Below, piece by piece: positions 19,295 through 29,030 of a stretch of DNA of 64,000 bases. This DNA comes from a virus (lineage: Duplodnaviria; Caudoviricetes). Each line of letters opens with the position of its first letter. The first letter of the stretch is position 1. The position numbers were made by a program, and so were the translations under genes. Where the stretch lies: IMG/VR virus record IMGVR_UViG_3300029288_000080, positions 96,001 through 160,000 of that record, one strand, 5' to 3'. The notes under the pieces are model-generated. The model ran no database searches. It saw nothing but the letters and a program-made list of their open reading frames with translations, and was not told the origin of the DNA.

Positions 19295-20362
19295 ATGGCT
19301 CAGAAAACTGGTATCAGGCTCCCGATCAATCCGCCGCTCAATAACCCGGCTCCGGTGCCCCAGCAGGACCCGGGGCAACTGGATGAGCGGCGACTCCGGC
19401 AAGTGTCGGTGGCCGACTTGGTTAACCAACACACCCAAGCGACCGGAACCGATTTGTTCGGGCAGTCAAATGACCCGGACCATATCGCTCAGGATTTTCA
19501 ACAGGACGTCGCGGCGATCCAGCCCGACGCCACGACCATCATGGGGGACCCCACTGCTCCGCCGCCCACTGGCCCCGCTGTTACCCCAGGGGTTGCCCCG
19601 GAGCCCAGTGCCCCGGCCCCACAGGATCGTGACGACGCCGCCACCATGCTGAACCTCCTGTCCGACGAGATCGTCCGGGCCAGGCGGGCGGGCAACGAAG
19701 AAATCGCCCAGCAGCTCCACGACGTGTTCATGCGGCTCAACAACGATGCCGCGACGCTACAGCGGGTCCACCGGGTTAAACAGGTCAACCCCGTGTTGGC
19801 CAAGCTCAAGGCCAACCTGGGGCTGGAGAAAATCCAGCCGGTGGAAGTCCCCTGGGCTGAGTTCACTTGGCGGTTTGCCGCGATCCCCGCGGCTCTGGAC
19901 CGTTGGGTCGCCATGATGGCGGCGTCGGTTGGCGTGGACTACTGGTCGGTCTTGAAATTAGCGGCGGGGCTCGTCGCGATCGACAAGGAACCCCTGTGGA
20001 AGGTGTTCAACATTGACCTGTCGGCTGACTACAAAAACGAGAAGGACGGCACTACCACAACGATCCCCCGGTACATCAAGCTCTGTGGTGTCTGCGGGGC
20101 CGACGTGCACCTGGAGGAAATGCTGGACCAGTGTCCTGCTTGTGGAGCCTTGCTGGACCCCTACGACGTGCCCCTTGGCCTCAGGGCCAAGTACGCGGAG
20201 GCAGCATACGGATTTTTCCAGGATTCCTTTGGCCCTTACGAAAATCTACAGGACCTTTTTGTCCTGACCCAGGCGGCGATGCCGGACCGCTATAATCAGC
20301 GGGCCGACCTCTACCCTTTTCTCAGACTGTCGAGGCAGCCGAACGACTCGACCCCCACCTGA
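19295..20362 (+). CDS. Tail assembly chaperone (gpG-like) with Zn finger
   Basis: Between tube and tape measure; slippery heptamer near its 3' end. Confidence 0.65.
   Translation: MAQKTGIRLPINPPLNNPAPVPQQDPGQLDERRLRQVSVADLVNQHTQATGTDLFGQSNDPDHIAQDFQQDVAAIQPDATTIMGDPTAPPPTGPAVTPGVAPEPSAPAPQDRDDAATMLNLLSDEIVRARRAGNEEIAQQLHDVFMRLNNDAATLQRVHRVKQVNPVLAKLKANLGLEKIQPVEVPWAEFTWRFAAIPAALDRWVAMMAASVGVDYWSVLKLAAGLVAIDKEPLWKVFNIDLSADYKNEKDGTTTTIPRYIKLCGVCGADVHLEEMLDQCPACGALLDPYDVPLGLRAKYAEAAYGFFQDSFGPYENLQDLFVLTQAAMPDRYNQRADLYPFLRLSRQPNDSTPT
20314..20320 (+). promoter_or_regulatory. Programmed -1 ribosomal frameshift site C CCT TTT
   Basis: XXXYYYZ heptamer correctly phased; the -1 frame is open from here to 20814. 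Confidence 0.75.
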
Positions 20363-20814
20363 AAATCTGGCGGCGGGTTTGTGGGCGATTGAGGTTGTCA
20401 CCGCTCAACCCTGAGGCGCAGCAGCTGTACCACAACCACACGGCCTTGATGTGGTGTGATCACCAGATGGCCCAGGACCAGAGCGACGAATTTGACCGGC
20501 TCGGTACCTTGTTGGGGACCCGGTGGACCAAAGACCAGGTCGCCACGATGTTCCAAAAGGGCAAGGGGAAAGCCACGCCCGACACCGTCATGATCCCCCT
20601 GGCCTTCATCGTGCAGCCGGAATTCCAGGAGGCCCTGAAGTCTATCTGGGGCACCTCGCTGCACAAACCCCGGTGGGTCGGGGACACCTCCGAGGTTGTG
20701 GAAGCCTCAACCTTGCCGAAGGAACAGTTCCTGGCCATGACGGCCGCGTCGAGCATCGCGGCCAAGGTCCAGCAGCTCAGGATGCAGCGTAACAACACCC
20801 CTGGCTCAAAATAA
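20314..20814 (+). CDS. Frameshifted C-terminal extension of the tail assembly chaperone (gpGT-like)
   Basis: The -1 frame lacks a good start or RBS and ends 12 nt before the tape measure gene. Confidence 0.7.
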   Translation, partial: PFSQTVEAAERLDPHLKIWRRVCGRLRLSPLNPEAQQLYHNHTALMWCDHQMAQDQSDEFDRLGTLLGTRWTKDQVATMFQKGKGKATPDTVMIPLAFIVQPEFQEALKSIWGTSLHKPRWVGDTSEVVEASTLPKEQFLAMTAASSIAAKVQQLRMQRNNTPGSK

Positions 20815-20826
20815 AGGGTAGACATT

Positions 20827-23628
20827 ATGGCGAACAATCTTCCGGGCGGACCTCCTGTAAGTCCTGGTGGACCTGCTGCCGCGGTTCCAGCGAACCCCCT
20901 GGTCCAGACGCCCACGACCACCGTTCCGGTCAACACCGCAGCAATCAACACCAACACGGCCGCGATCCAACAGAACACCGGGGCGATCAACGAGAACGCC
21001 GATGCCACGGGCCGCTGGACACGACTCCAGGAGGACCAACGCAAGACGTTCCGTGATTTCCTGAAAGAGGAAGTCGAAGGGATGCGCCAGGCTGCCGCGG
21101 CAGCCGGGGATTATCGACGGTACATCTCGGAAGTCACGGGGGCATTTAGCGGGATGGCGGCCAAGATGAAGGAGCAGACCTCCCTCTCGACCATCTACAA
21201 CAATGCCCTGGGTCAACTATCCGAGGGAACCAAGTCCTATACAGCATCCCTCCAAGCCAACACCGGGGCCATCGGGGACGCTACCCAGCAGTCAACGGCG
21301 TTTGTCACGGGGCTCCAGGCCGCCCAGGCGCAGTCACACGAGTTGGCCGCGCGCTACAACATGGACGCCGGGGCAATCGCGAAAGCCGGGGAGACCGCGA
21401 CCCAGATGTTCGCGACTCAGTTGGGGGCCATCGGGGATGTATCGGGAGGGATCAAAAGTCTGCAAAAAGAGTCGGTCATCTTCTCGCGGTTTTTCGGCAC
21501 CGACATGACCGCCGTGATGCAGCACTGGCAGGAGCGCATGGAGCACTCCAACATGACCCTCACGGAGGCCAAGGACGAGACTGCCCTGCTGGCCAAGGTG
21601 GCGGACCAGTATGCAATTTCGCTGGGTAAACTGGGCGACAAAATGCTCCAGACGGCCCAACTGGGTAAAAAAGAATTCCTCGAGATGGCCAAGCAGATCA
21701 ATCAGGAGTTTCGCCTGGGGGTCCCGAATGTCGTGGCCTACACGGCCGCGATGGCCAAGATGTCGTTGGAGGCAGCGAAAAAGGGTTCCACCAAGATCGA
21801 GCAGGCGACGACCAGCCAGGGTCTCTTGAAACTCATGAACGAGATGACGTCCACGGAAGGCCAGTGGGGCGTCATGGCGTTCAACGCGGCACAAAAATCC
21901 TGGCAGCAGTTCAACACGGCCCCCGAGACCATGTCGAAAGAGGCGCGGTCTCGCCTGGAAGGTCGCAGGGGCCAGATTGAGGCGGCGTCGGGTAGCACGG
22001 TCGTGCAGGCCGGGCTCATCACCGAGGCCATGAAGGGTACGTCTGACCTGGCCATCAGCGCTCTCAAGAGCATGAAGGAAAAGGCTGGCGGCGACCAGGT
22101 GGCCCTGACCGCGATGCTGCGGCCCATCGTCGGGTCCATGACGGCCGCTGCGGACATTGCCGAAGGGCTGAACACCGGGTCAATCGAAGAGGTATTTGAG
22201 AAACACAAGGAAGCCCTGATGGGCGAGGCCGAAAAACAAAAGACCGCTACCGAAAAGCTCGTGACTGCTGGGGCCAAGACCAATTCCACGCTGCATTCCA
22301 TGGCCAAGGACATCAACTCAATCTACCACTGGATGATCGGGATGGCGGTCGGAAGCCCAGTCATGACGGCGCTCAGCACTGTAATTGGGGGTGCGGTCAT
22401 GAATAAGGTATTGGGCAGCACCATTGCGGCGCTTGGGCCCAAAATCTTGGCCACAGCGGCACCGACCGCATTGTCTACCGTAGCCCCAGCGGCGTTGTCC
22501 ACCGGGGTGTCAGCTGCTGGCGGTGCTGCGGCCATCAAGACCGCGTTGGCTGGCGGTGCCGCAGCCGCTAAAGCCACTGCGCTCGCAGTGGCGCCGGCAG
22601 TTTTGCCGACTCTCTTGGTAGCTGCGGCAGCCTACAGTGGATACAAATATCTTGGGGCCAAAGACGAAGCTAAAAAACTAAGTAAAGGTGGCCGGAAAGT
22701 CGATACTTGGGACGTACTGGCCAACCAGATCAATAATGTTTTGGGTGGTGGTGGTGGGTGGCACGCCCGTGAATTCGTCTCGTCAATGACGTTCAAGGAA
22801 CTGGCCGCCCAGAAAAAGAAAATAGCGCAGATGGAGAAGGAGATCAAAGATAAGGAAACCAACGGCAAAGCCCTGACCGAGGCAGAAAAACAGGAAATTA
22901 TCCTTAAAAAGCGAAAGTTGGAAGCCGAGAAAGCCAAGATCGCCGCGATCGTGGCCGAGGAGAAAAAGATCAAACCCTTCACCGACAAGGAACTGGCCGA
23001 GCGCCAGCTCGCGGTCATTAAACACGTAGCCGGCCGGGTTGCCTCGGGGGCCAACGTTGGGGGCCGAGGGGCAATGGGCAGCGCGATGCTCGGGATGGCC
23101 GAAGACTCGGCCAGTATGGCCAAGGAGTTGGTCGGGAGTCTGGGCCTGGGGGTTGGCAGCATGGACGCGGGTGAAACCCTCGCGGGATTTTTGCACGGTG
23201 GCTCCCCCGAAGCCGCGGCCTTGATGAAAAAGTTGCAGGCCAAGAGGATTTCTCAGGAGTCATTTGAGTCCGAAGTTGACGATAAGTTGAAGCGGAAGCA
23301 ACTGGAATACGCTGGGGTCGACACCACTGGAATGAACAGGATGAAAATGTACGAGGAGTGGGGTAAAAAGATCACCTATGGGACTTCGGTCACGGGCCTG
23401 ACCCCTGAAATACGAGAAGCAATGTCTCGTGGGTCTGAGAAACGTTATGGGGGCACCGGGATCACCGGGGTGGACCCGTCCAGTGACCTCAGCGAGGTCA
23501 GGAAGAATCCCGACGGATCAGTTGATTTGGTTACGACCATGAAGGTAACGAGCAAACTTTCAGCAGCTGGTGCTGGAATCATCAATGCGGTCGGCGCCTG
23601 GGCCAATAGTGGCGGCGTCGCTGGCTAA
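20827..23628 (+). CDS. Tape measure protein
   Basis: 933 aa, Ala/Gly/Met-rich and helical with a hydrophobic middle; follows the chaperone. Confidence 0.75.
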   Translation: MANNLPGGPPVSPGGPAAAVPANPLVQTPTTTVPVNTAAINTNTAAIQQNTGAINENADATGRWTRLQEDQRKTFRDFLKEEVEGMRQAAAAAGDYRRYISEVTGAFSGMAAKMKEQTSLSTIYNNALGQLSEGTKSYTASLQANTGAIGDATQQSTAFVTGLQAAQAQSHELAARYNMDAGAIAKAGETATQMFATQLGAIGDVSGGIKSLQKESVIFSRFFGTDMTAVMQHWQERMEHSNMTLTEAKDETALLAKVADQYAISLGKLGDKMLQTAQLGKKEFLEMAKQINQEFRLGVPNVVAYTAAMAKMSLEAAKKGSTKIEQATTSQGLLKLMNEMTSTEGQWGVMAFNAAQKSWQQFNTAPETMSKEARSRLEGRRGQIEAASGSTVVQAGLITEAMKGTSDLAISALKSMKEKAGGDQVALTAMLRPIVGSMTAAADIAEGLNTGSIEEVFEKHKEALMGEAEKQKTATEKLVTAGAKTNSTLHSMAKDINSIYHWMIGMAVGSPVMTALSTVIGGAVMNKVLGSTIAALGPKILATAAPTALSTVAPAALSTGVSAAGGAAAIKTALAGGAAAAKATALAVAPAVLPTLLVAAAAYSGYKYLGAKDEAKKLSKGGRKVDTWDVLANQINNVLGGGGGWHAREFVSSMTFKELAAQKKKIAQMEKEIKDKETNGKALTEAEKQEIILKKRKLEAEKAKIAAIVAEEKKIKPFTDKELAERQLAVIKHVAGRVASGANVGGRGAMGSAMLGMAEDSASMAKELVGSLGLGVGSMDAGETLAGFLHGGSPEAAALMKKLQAKRISQESFESEVDDKLKRKQLEYAGVDTTGMNRMKMYEEWGKKITYGTSVTGLTPEIREAMSRGSEKRYGGTGITGVDPSSDLSEVRKNPDGSVDLVTTMKVTSKLSAAGAGIINAVGAWANSGGVAG

Positions 23629-23642
23629 CCAAGGAGATCAAA

Positions 23643-23870
23643 ATGTCCAAGAAGCTTCAACAGTCAATTCAGAGCGGTGTCGTGAAAGTGCGGAACTGCA
23701 CCGCAGGGGTCGTGGCCATCACGATCGCGACTCCAGCGGGCACCCCGGTGGTCCTGCACCTGACCGCCAATACCACGATGGAGTTGGCCCCCAAGCACAC
23801 CACCGCCGAAATGGTCCAGCATGGAAATCTTGGGGACCTGATCAACCGGGGTCACGTCGCGGTGGTCTAA
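23643..23870 (+). CDS. Hypothetical protein
   Basis: AGGAG RBS, 75 aa. Confidence 0.6.
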   Translation: MSKKLQQSIQSGVVKVRNCTAGVVAITIATPAGTPVVLHLTANTTMELAPKHTTAEMVQHGNLGDLINRGHVAVV

Positions 23871-23872
23871 CG

Positions 23873-24382
23873 ATGGCCTGCTGCTGTATCCATGACGACC
23901 GGGAAGTCGCAGAAGACCTCCTTGTTGTCCACCACGTTGAACCCCAAGGGTTCGGCGGATTGGACGTGCCGGAAAATCGAGTTTTCCTGTGCGATTATTG
24001 CCACGGGGTACTGCACCGAGCTGAACAGAAAATGGCCCATGGGAAACAGGGCCATGCCGTCGACATGGTTCAGCGGTATCTACCGAACCAGCCGGGGCGA
24101 CAGCAACGGATGCTCCGGCTGATCAACATCGCGGTCACGGCCCGGCAAAATCAGCAACACAGCGGCGAGGTCCCCGAGGCCGGTGAAACCGCCGAGACCA
24201 TCGTGATGTCGTTGGAAATACCCCGTTGGCTCCACCACCGGCTCAAAACCTTGGCCCTGGGGAAAATGGGGCTCTACCGCTACTGCGCTACCATCCTGGA
24301 ACACCACGCCAACGCGGCGGTGTCGGGCCGCCCTGTTGATCCTCCTGCCCCTAAATCCATCCAGCTGATCAAGCCTCGCTAA
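23873..24382 (+). CDS. HNH-domain protein with C-terminal ribbon-helix-helix-like segment
   Basis: HHVEP..GG.D..ENRVFLCDYCH..LH; MSLEIPRWLHHRLK. Confidence 0.65.
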   Translation: MACCCIHDDREVAEDLLVVHHVEPQGFGGLDVPENRVFLCDYCHGVLHRAEQKMAHGKQGHAVDMVQRYLPNQPGRQQRMLRLINIAVTARQNQQHSGEVPEAGETAETIVMSLEIPRWLHHRLKTLALGKMGLYRYCATILEHHANAAVSGRPVDPPAPKSIQLIKPR

Positions 24383-24388
24383 CAACGA

Positions 24389-24967
24389 TTAAAGACAAGG
24401 TAGCAACTCTGGGTCAGTCCACGGATTATTTATTTCCGTGACCAGGCGGGTGAGTTCTGCCCGGTACAACTTCAGGTTAGGGGTGACCAAAATGTAGTGG
24501 GGGCCTTGGATCACGGCCCTGACGTTGCAGACGCACGGGCAGGCGTCGGTAGGGTACTCGACATACTCGCATTCAGGCGGGACCACCAAGCCCTTGGACC
24601 GGCAGGCCACAGGGTTCACGACCGACGGGATCAGTTGTTCGCCCGAGCAAACAGAGGTGTACCAGGTATCGGGTACCACCACGACAAAACCGTCGCGATT
24701 AATCCCAGGCCAGCCAACTTCCCCGAGGCACTGCTCCAGCAGGTTGGTCTCGAGATCAACTTCAAACAGAAACTCATCGTCGGCAGGGAGGTCTTCTCGG
24801 ATCACCGAGATGCCGCCCGGTGTCTTCTGAGCCAGAGAATCGTCAGGACGGTAGTGCGTGACGTCCAAAAACAGGTCAAAATTGTAGTGGTCGTTGGGGC
24901 AAGATAGCAAAATCACTATTAAAACCACCATGCCCAAACGCCAAGGTAACCGGGTAGTCCGGGTCAT
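24389..24967 (-). CDS. Cys-rich exported or membrane protein (possible lipoprotein)
   Basis: Hydrophobic N-terminus ending LLSC; GAGG RBS and late motif upstream. Confidence 0.65.
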   Translation of the reverse strand: MTRTTRLPWRLGMVVLIVILLSCPNDHYNFDLFLDVTHYRPDDSLAQKTPGGISVIREDLPADDEFLFEVDLETNLLEQCLGEVGWPGINRDGFVVVVPDTWYTSVCSGEQLIPSVVNPVACRSKGLVVPPECEYVEYPTDACPCVCNVRAVIQGPHYILVTPNLKLYRAELTRLVTEINNPWTDPELLPCL

Positions 24968-24983
24968 TACAACACCTCACCTT

Positions 24984-25000
24984 CTACTATAGATTAACGC
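24984..25000 (-). promoter_or_regulatory. Putative late-promoter motif, copy 4
   Basis: GCGTTAATCTATAGTAG on the minus strand, pointing at the minus-strand gene. Confidence 0.6.
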
Positions 25001-25087
25001 AAGGTCATTATTTTCACGATCTTGCTTGACGTTGTCGTTCCACGCGGTAAAATGGCTGTAGACCATGATGGTCATGAGGCAAGCATA

Positions 25088-25432
25088 ATGTCCGCTGCTC
25101 CTGGTAATGGTGTCACGACTCTTTCGGTACGGCTTCCCGACGCTGTGCTGGACAAAATTCGCGTCCTGATCGCCGCCCACGGTGAAACCGCCACGTCCTT
25201 TATAGAACGGTCGGTCGGCCGACTGGTCGAGGAGGTCAAGACCGGCAATCTAGATGTCAGGCGACCTCTGAAAGCCTGGTGGGACCGGAGTCACCGGACC
25301 ATGTGGACCGTCCGGATCCCCACGGGACTAAAAAAGGAATCCGAGACCCTAAAGCACCGGATTGCGTCCAGCATGACCAACTGGATCATGCTGGCGGCGA
25401 TCCGTGAGCTGGAGGAGACCCAGGACGAGTAG
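25088..25432 (+). CDS. Tandem ribbon-helix-helix DNA-binding protein
   Basis: TTLSVRLPDAVLDKI and MWTVRIPTGLK repeats. Confidence 0.6.
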   Translation: MSAAPGNGVTTLSVRLPDAVLDKIRVLIAAHGETATSFIERSVGRLVEEVKTGNLDVRRPLKAWWDRSHRTMWTVRIPTGLKKESETLKHRIASSMTNWIMLAAIRELEETQDE

Positions 25433-25439
25433 AAAAAGG

Positions 25440-25468
25440 TTGACAAGGTAAACCAACCGAGGTACAAC
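25440..25468 (+). promoter_or_regulatory. Sigma70-type promoter (leaderless transcript)
   Basis: TTGACA-17-TACAAC with ATG 7 nt downstream. Confidence 0.55.
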
Positions 25469-25474
25469 ACAGGA

Positions 25475-25663
25475 ATGGCACTGCAGGTTTCACCGGAACA
25501 GCCCAGAACTGTCTGCAGTTGGTGTCGGTGTGTCCTGGACGGTCGCGGGCCTGTTCAACCCGAAGAGGTCGCAACCCTAAGCCACGGGATTTGCCGCCCG
25601 TGCGAAGCAAGATACTTCGGCAATCTACCACAGGAGTCACAAAATGAATCTACAGGATTTTAA
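25475..25663 (+). CDS. Small Zn-binding protein
   Basis: CSWC...SHGICRPC. Confidence 0.6.
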   Translation: MALQVSPEQPRTVCSWCRCVLDGRGPVQPEEVATLSHGICRPCEARYFGNLPQESQNESTGF

Positions 25664-26744
25664 CCGTGATCTTGGCAAGTTGACCGACCGCACCGCTGAC
25701 CCCACCGAGGCGGTCCAGCGGGTGCTCGCGTCATTCGCGGCCGACGCGATGGGCCGCAACCCAGACGTCGACGACGACGGCGAGACCGCAATGGATTTTG
25801 TCAGTTTCATGATGGTGTTGCTTCAGAGCGACGCCGTCATCAATCTCCCGACGTACCGGCGCCGGCGGGTCGCGACCGTCAATCCCGACGAGATCGTGGT
25901 GTCGGCGGCCAACCGGCACGGCCGCGTCCTGGGGCTTACGTCAAACCAGCACGTCTGGTCCATGGGGGTCAACATCAACGACGCCAACGTCATGACCGCC
26001 ACGACCGTTGGGGCATCCAGGACTTTCCTGTTCCAGGACATCACGGGTGAGTGGTACGACGAGTGGAGCGGAATCGACTTCCGGACCGACAACTTCCCCG
26101 AGAAGCTCCGGACCGCGTTCGCGGCCAGTGAGATCAAGTTCACCGAGATGGTGTCGAGAAACCGCGGGGCTGGTGTCTACGGGCGCCGTTTCATCCTGGC
26201 CAAGGCGGCGATCACCCGGCTGGCTGACCGCGACAAATTCCTCAAGGCCGAGGCCAAGCGGTTGGCTCCCCCGGTGGATCCTGCAGCCCCCAAGGCCCCG
26301 TGGTCTGGGCCCAGGAAGGTCGGGACTGGCGAGAAGGTCAAGGTCTGGGCGTTCAACTGCTTCGTGGATACCTCGCTGACCGGCGACTACACCCCGATGG
26401 GGTCGCTCGAGGAGGTCCAGCGGGAACGCCACCGACTCCGCCAGAACATCCAGACCCTCCGGTTTTGCACCAGGGCCACGGAGTTCGGGTTCTGGAAGGA
26501 CCACATCGGTACCACCATCGGGCACGAGGACGCTGATCTGCTCGGTTGGCTCAAGGGCGGCGACCCCACTGCCCTGAAGGTACCGGCTTGGTGTCCGGGC
26601 GAGTGGACCACGGGGGTCAAGGCCCCTGGGGCCAAAACATTCTTCGCAGCTCTGCGGCGTCCCGATGCCCCCACGGTTCGGTGGCGGGCTTGGCGCCAGA
26701 CCGAGGAAGTCGCAGCCCCCATGGACGACAGCACCGGCGAGTAA
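25644..26744 (+). CDS. Hypothetical protein
   Basis: AGGAG RBS, 366 aa, phage-like codon bias. Confidence 0.7.
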   Translation: MNLQDFNRDLGKLTDRTADPTEAVQRVLASFAADAMGRNPDVDDDGETAMDFVSFMMVLLQSDAVINLPTYRRRRVATVNPDEIVVSAANRHGRVLGLTSNQHVWSMGVNINDANVMTATTVGASRTFLFQDITGEWYDEWSGIDFRTDNFPEKLRTAFAASEIKFTEMVSRNRGAGVYGRRFILAKAAITRLADRDKFLKAEAKRLAPPVDPAAPKAPWSGPRKVGTGEKVKVWAFNCFVDTSLTGDYTPMGSLEEVQRERHRLRQNIQTLRFCTRATEFGFWKDHIGTTIGHEDADLLGWLKGGDPTALKVPAWCPGEWTTGVKAPGAKTFFAALRRPDAPTVRWRAWRQTEEVAAPMDDSTGE

Positions 26745-26781
26745 CTCCTAAACCAACACGCAGTCCAGTGAAAGGAAAATC

Positions 26782-27699
26782 ATGACGACCAAGTACCCCA
26801 CCAAGCACGATGTCCGCGAGCACCATGGCAATCTTTACCGTGCGGCCAAGCAATGGCTGGAGCAGCCCGACAGCTGGTCCCCCGACTGGACCGACGACTG
26901 GGTCGCGGCTGCTGCTTTCCTGAACCAGCAGCCCGACGGCCGGATGTTCCATGAGACCCCCTGGACCCCCAAGGGGGTCATGGGGTTGTTCTCCCAATAC
27001 CGGTTTGACGACCATGGTAATGTGGTCCCGACCCCCAGGGCTCCGCGACAGTCCCGCAAGCCCCTGGGGTTCCGGCGGACTGCCACGGGTTACCGTCGGT
27101 ACCTGAAGCCCGGGACCAGTCAGTACCGCAAGGTCATGGCTTCGGTGGTCCAGGCATTCCAGTGCGGTGGCACCGCTGCCGAAGCAGCCAAGATTCTGGA
27201 GACCAGTGACGCCAACCACCTCAAGAACTACCGGCAGGGCCGCCCCTGGACTGCCCCGGTGGTCACGAGCCTGATGTACCGACTGCGTCATGGCAATCCC
27301 GGTCTGCATGATCGCCTGGTCACCGAGATCCCGACCAATGTGGTACATAGGGATCCCAAGACCAAGAAGGAGCAGGTGGTCAACACGACCAAGCTGTTCG
27401 ACACCCTGGCCAAGGAGTTTGCGCCGCCTGATGCACCTGTGATCGACGCGTTCACGACGCCCAAGCAGGAGTTTGCCTTCTACGCACCGTCACCGACGGC
27501 CAAGCAGGAGCCCAGCAAGCCCAAGGGCCGCGTCATGAAAATCCAGATCCGCGAGGCCGGTGACCTTCTCCAAGTGTTCCGGACCCATAGTGGTACCTTG
27601 GTCCTGACGGTCAAGTCCACCGACCAGCCAGGTGCCCTGATGTCCGCGGTCGACCAGTTCTGCCAGGGCCTCGGCGTCACGATCCCTAAGGTGCTGTAG
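26782..27699 (+). CDS. Hypothetical protein
   Basis: AAGGA RBS, 305 aa. Confidence 0.7.
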   Translation: MTTKYPTKHDVREHHGNLYRAAKQWLEQPDSWSPDWTDDWVAAAAFLNQQPDGRMFHETPWTPKGVMGLFSQYRFDDHGNVVPTPRAPRQSRKPLGFRRTATGYRRYLKPGTSQYRKVMASVVQAFQCGGTAAEAAKILETSDANHLKNYRQGRPWTAPVVTSLMYRLRHGNPGLHDRLVTEIPTNVVHRDPKTKKEQVVNTTKLFDTLAKEFAPPDAPVIDAFTTPKQEFAFYAPSPTAKQEPSKPKGRVMKIQIREAGDLLQVFRTHSGTLVLTVKSTDQPGALMSAVDQFCQGLGVTIPKVL

Positions 27700-27815
27700 T
27701 GAAATCTCCTTGGCCCACTTGGCTGTCCAGGACTTCCCAGCGCCTGATCTACGTGCTCTGGGTCATCGTGGTGATCGCTGGAATCGTGATCCTTGTTCTT
27801 CGCGGCACCTGGTAG
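27699..27815 (+). CDS. Small membrane protein
   Basis: 38 aa with one TM helix. Confidence 0.4.
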   Translation: MKSPWPTWLSRTSQRLIYVLWVIVVIAGIVILVLRGTW

Positions 27816-27947
27816 CGCTTGCTCACTCCCCAAGACATTGCCCAGCGGATTCAGCAGCATGACCTGAACAGAGCCCGCCGCAAGTCGCGGGGCTTCAGCC
27901 CCGGCGAATAGGCGCGGCTTTTCTTCGGCTTCAGCCAGAAATAGGTC

Positions 27948-27984
27948 TTGACAGCACTGTCTACAGGCACTATAGTGTAGACAG
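27948..27984 (+). promoter_or_regulatory. Sigma70 promoter with overlapping inverted-repeat operator
   Basis: TTGACA-17-TATAGT; CTGTCTACA/TGTAGACAG inverted repeat. Confidence 0.7.
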
Positions 27985-28431
27985 GACGGTAGACACAAAG
28001 GAGAAATAAATGAGAACTTTATACGTCGTGCTTGGTTTTGCTGCGCTAACGTTTGTGGGTTGTGGTAAGAGTCCTGAGGCGAGAAGGGAAGAGCTGATTA
28101 GTCTAGTAGAACGTAAGGTCCAGCATGACCTGCCCTATGAAGACCACAGCACCAGAATTGTTCATGCAAAAATTAGCGATCCTTACCTATGTGTCTATGT
28201 AAATGCAGCAGGAGATCCGCTAGCCAGATACGCAAGCAGCTTTGCTCAAGAACAGGACGTATTGGGCGCGGCAAAGCAAGTTGGCCTTACTACGATCGTG
28301 ATCCACAACGGTCTTAGATCTAATGAAATCGACACGGTAACCGGAACGTCTCAGATGCGTACTGATGCTCTACCCAGCGGATGCAAGTAGACAGGACAGT
28401 AGACATAAAGGAGGAATAAATGAGAACATTA
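27977..28431 (+). repeat. 45-bp direct repeat (27977-28021 and 28387-28431) covering the leader, RBS and first codons of both cargo genes
   Basis: 41 of 45 positions identical. Confidence 0.9.
28010..28390 (+). CDS. Cargo lipoprotein 1
   Basis: Signal peptide with lipobox FVGC; low GC. Confidence 0.7.
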   Translation: MRTLYVVLGFAALTFVGCGKSPEARREELISLVERKVQHDLPYEDHSTRIVHAKISDPYLCVYVNAAGDPLARYASSFAQEQDVLGAAKQVGLTTIVIHNGLRSNEIDTVTGTSQMRTDALPSGCK

Positions 28432-29016
28432 GGTTTTACCTTGTTTTGTCTGTGCTGCCTATCTTGTAAACAGGAGAGTCAATCTGCCGAGAAAGCGGAA
28501 ACTGCTGATGCTGTTGCTCCGACGTGGCAGGAACAAGAAGCACAACGGGATCAGCAAAATCCGCTTGCTTCCGCGGCCTCGATCTACCGTGAGCTAGTTG
28601 ACGCCTACGCGGTGTTGTCTGGCAAGGAAGAGTGCGTGCCCTGCACGCAACTGGTGCAACAGGAGCGTCGTGCTCAGCAAGTTCAACGCGGCGGCACTGA
28701 CGAGCACCGACGCACAGCTTACAGCATCAAGAGTGCGGCCATCAAAGAATGTTGGGGGCATTTTGACGGTTATGAAACCACACGGTTCGATCGCTACCAC
28801 GAGCGCGTAGGGCGTTTTTCACCAGGTCAACACCAGGTTCTTTATCGACTCTTACAGAAGGGTTTGGTGCTATTACGGCCATGTCGAGCTAAATTATGCC
28901 ATTTGGCCAAAGACAATATTAGGCGCGAGGCTGAAGGTAAATGTAATGCACTGGGCGTAGTGCTGCTCGCCGTAGAAAAGGCGCTCAAGCAAGCCGGTGC
29001 ATTCAAAGAGGAATAG
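28420..29016 (+). CDS. Cargo lipoprotein 2 (Cys-rich)
   Basis: Signal peptide with lipobox CLSC; low GC. Confidence 0.7.
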   Translation: MRTLGFTLFCLCCLSCKQESQSAEKAETADAVAPTWQEQEAQRDQQNPLASAASIYRELVDAYAVLSGKEECVPCTQLVQQERRAQQVQRGGTDEHRRTAYSIKSAAIKECWGHFDGYETTRFDRYHERVGRFSPGQHQVLYRLLQKGLVLLRPCRAKLCHLAKDNIRREAEGKCNALGVVLLAVEKALKQAGAFKEE

Positions 29017-29030
29017 GGCCGGTACTCGCC

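Noticed and set aside
27864-27869. Alternative IS left junction after TGAAC
   Set aside because: Also in frame, but guide CAAG predicts TGAC, placing the junction at 27863/27864
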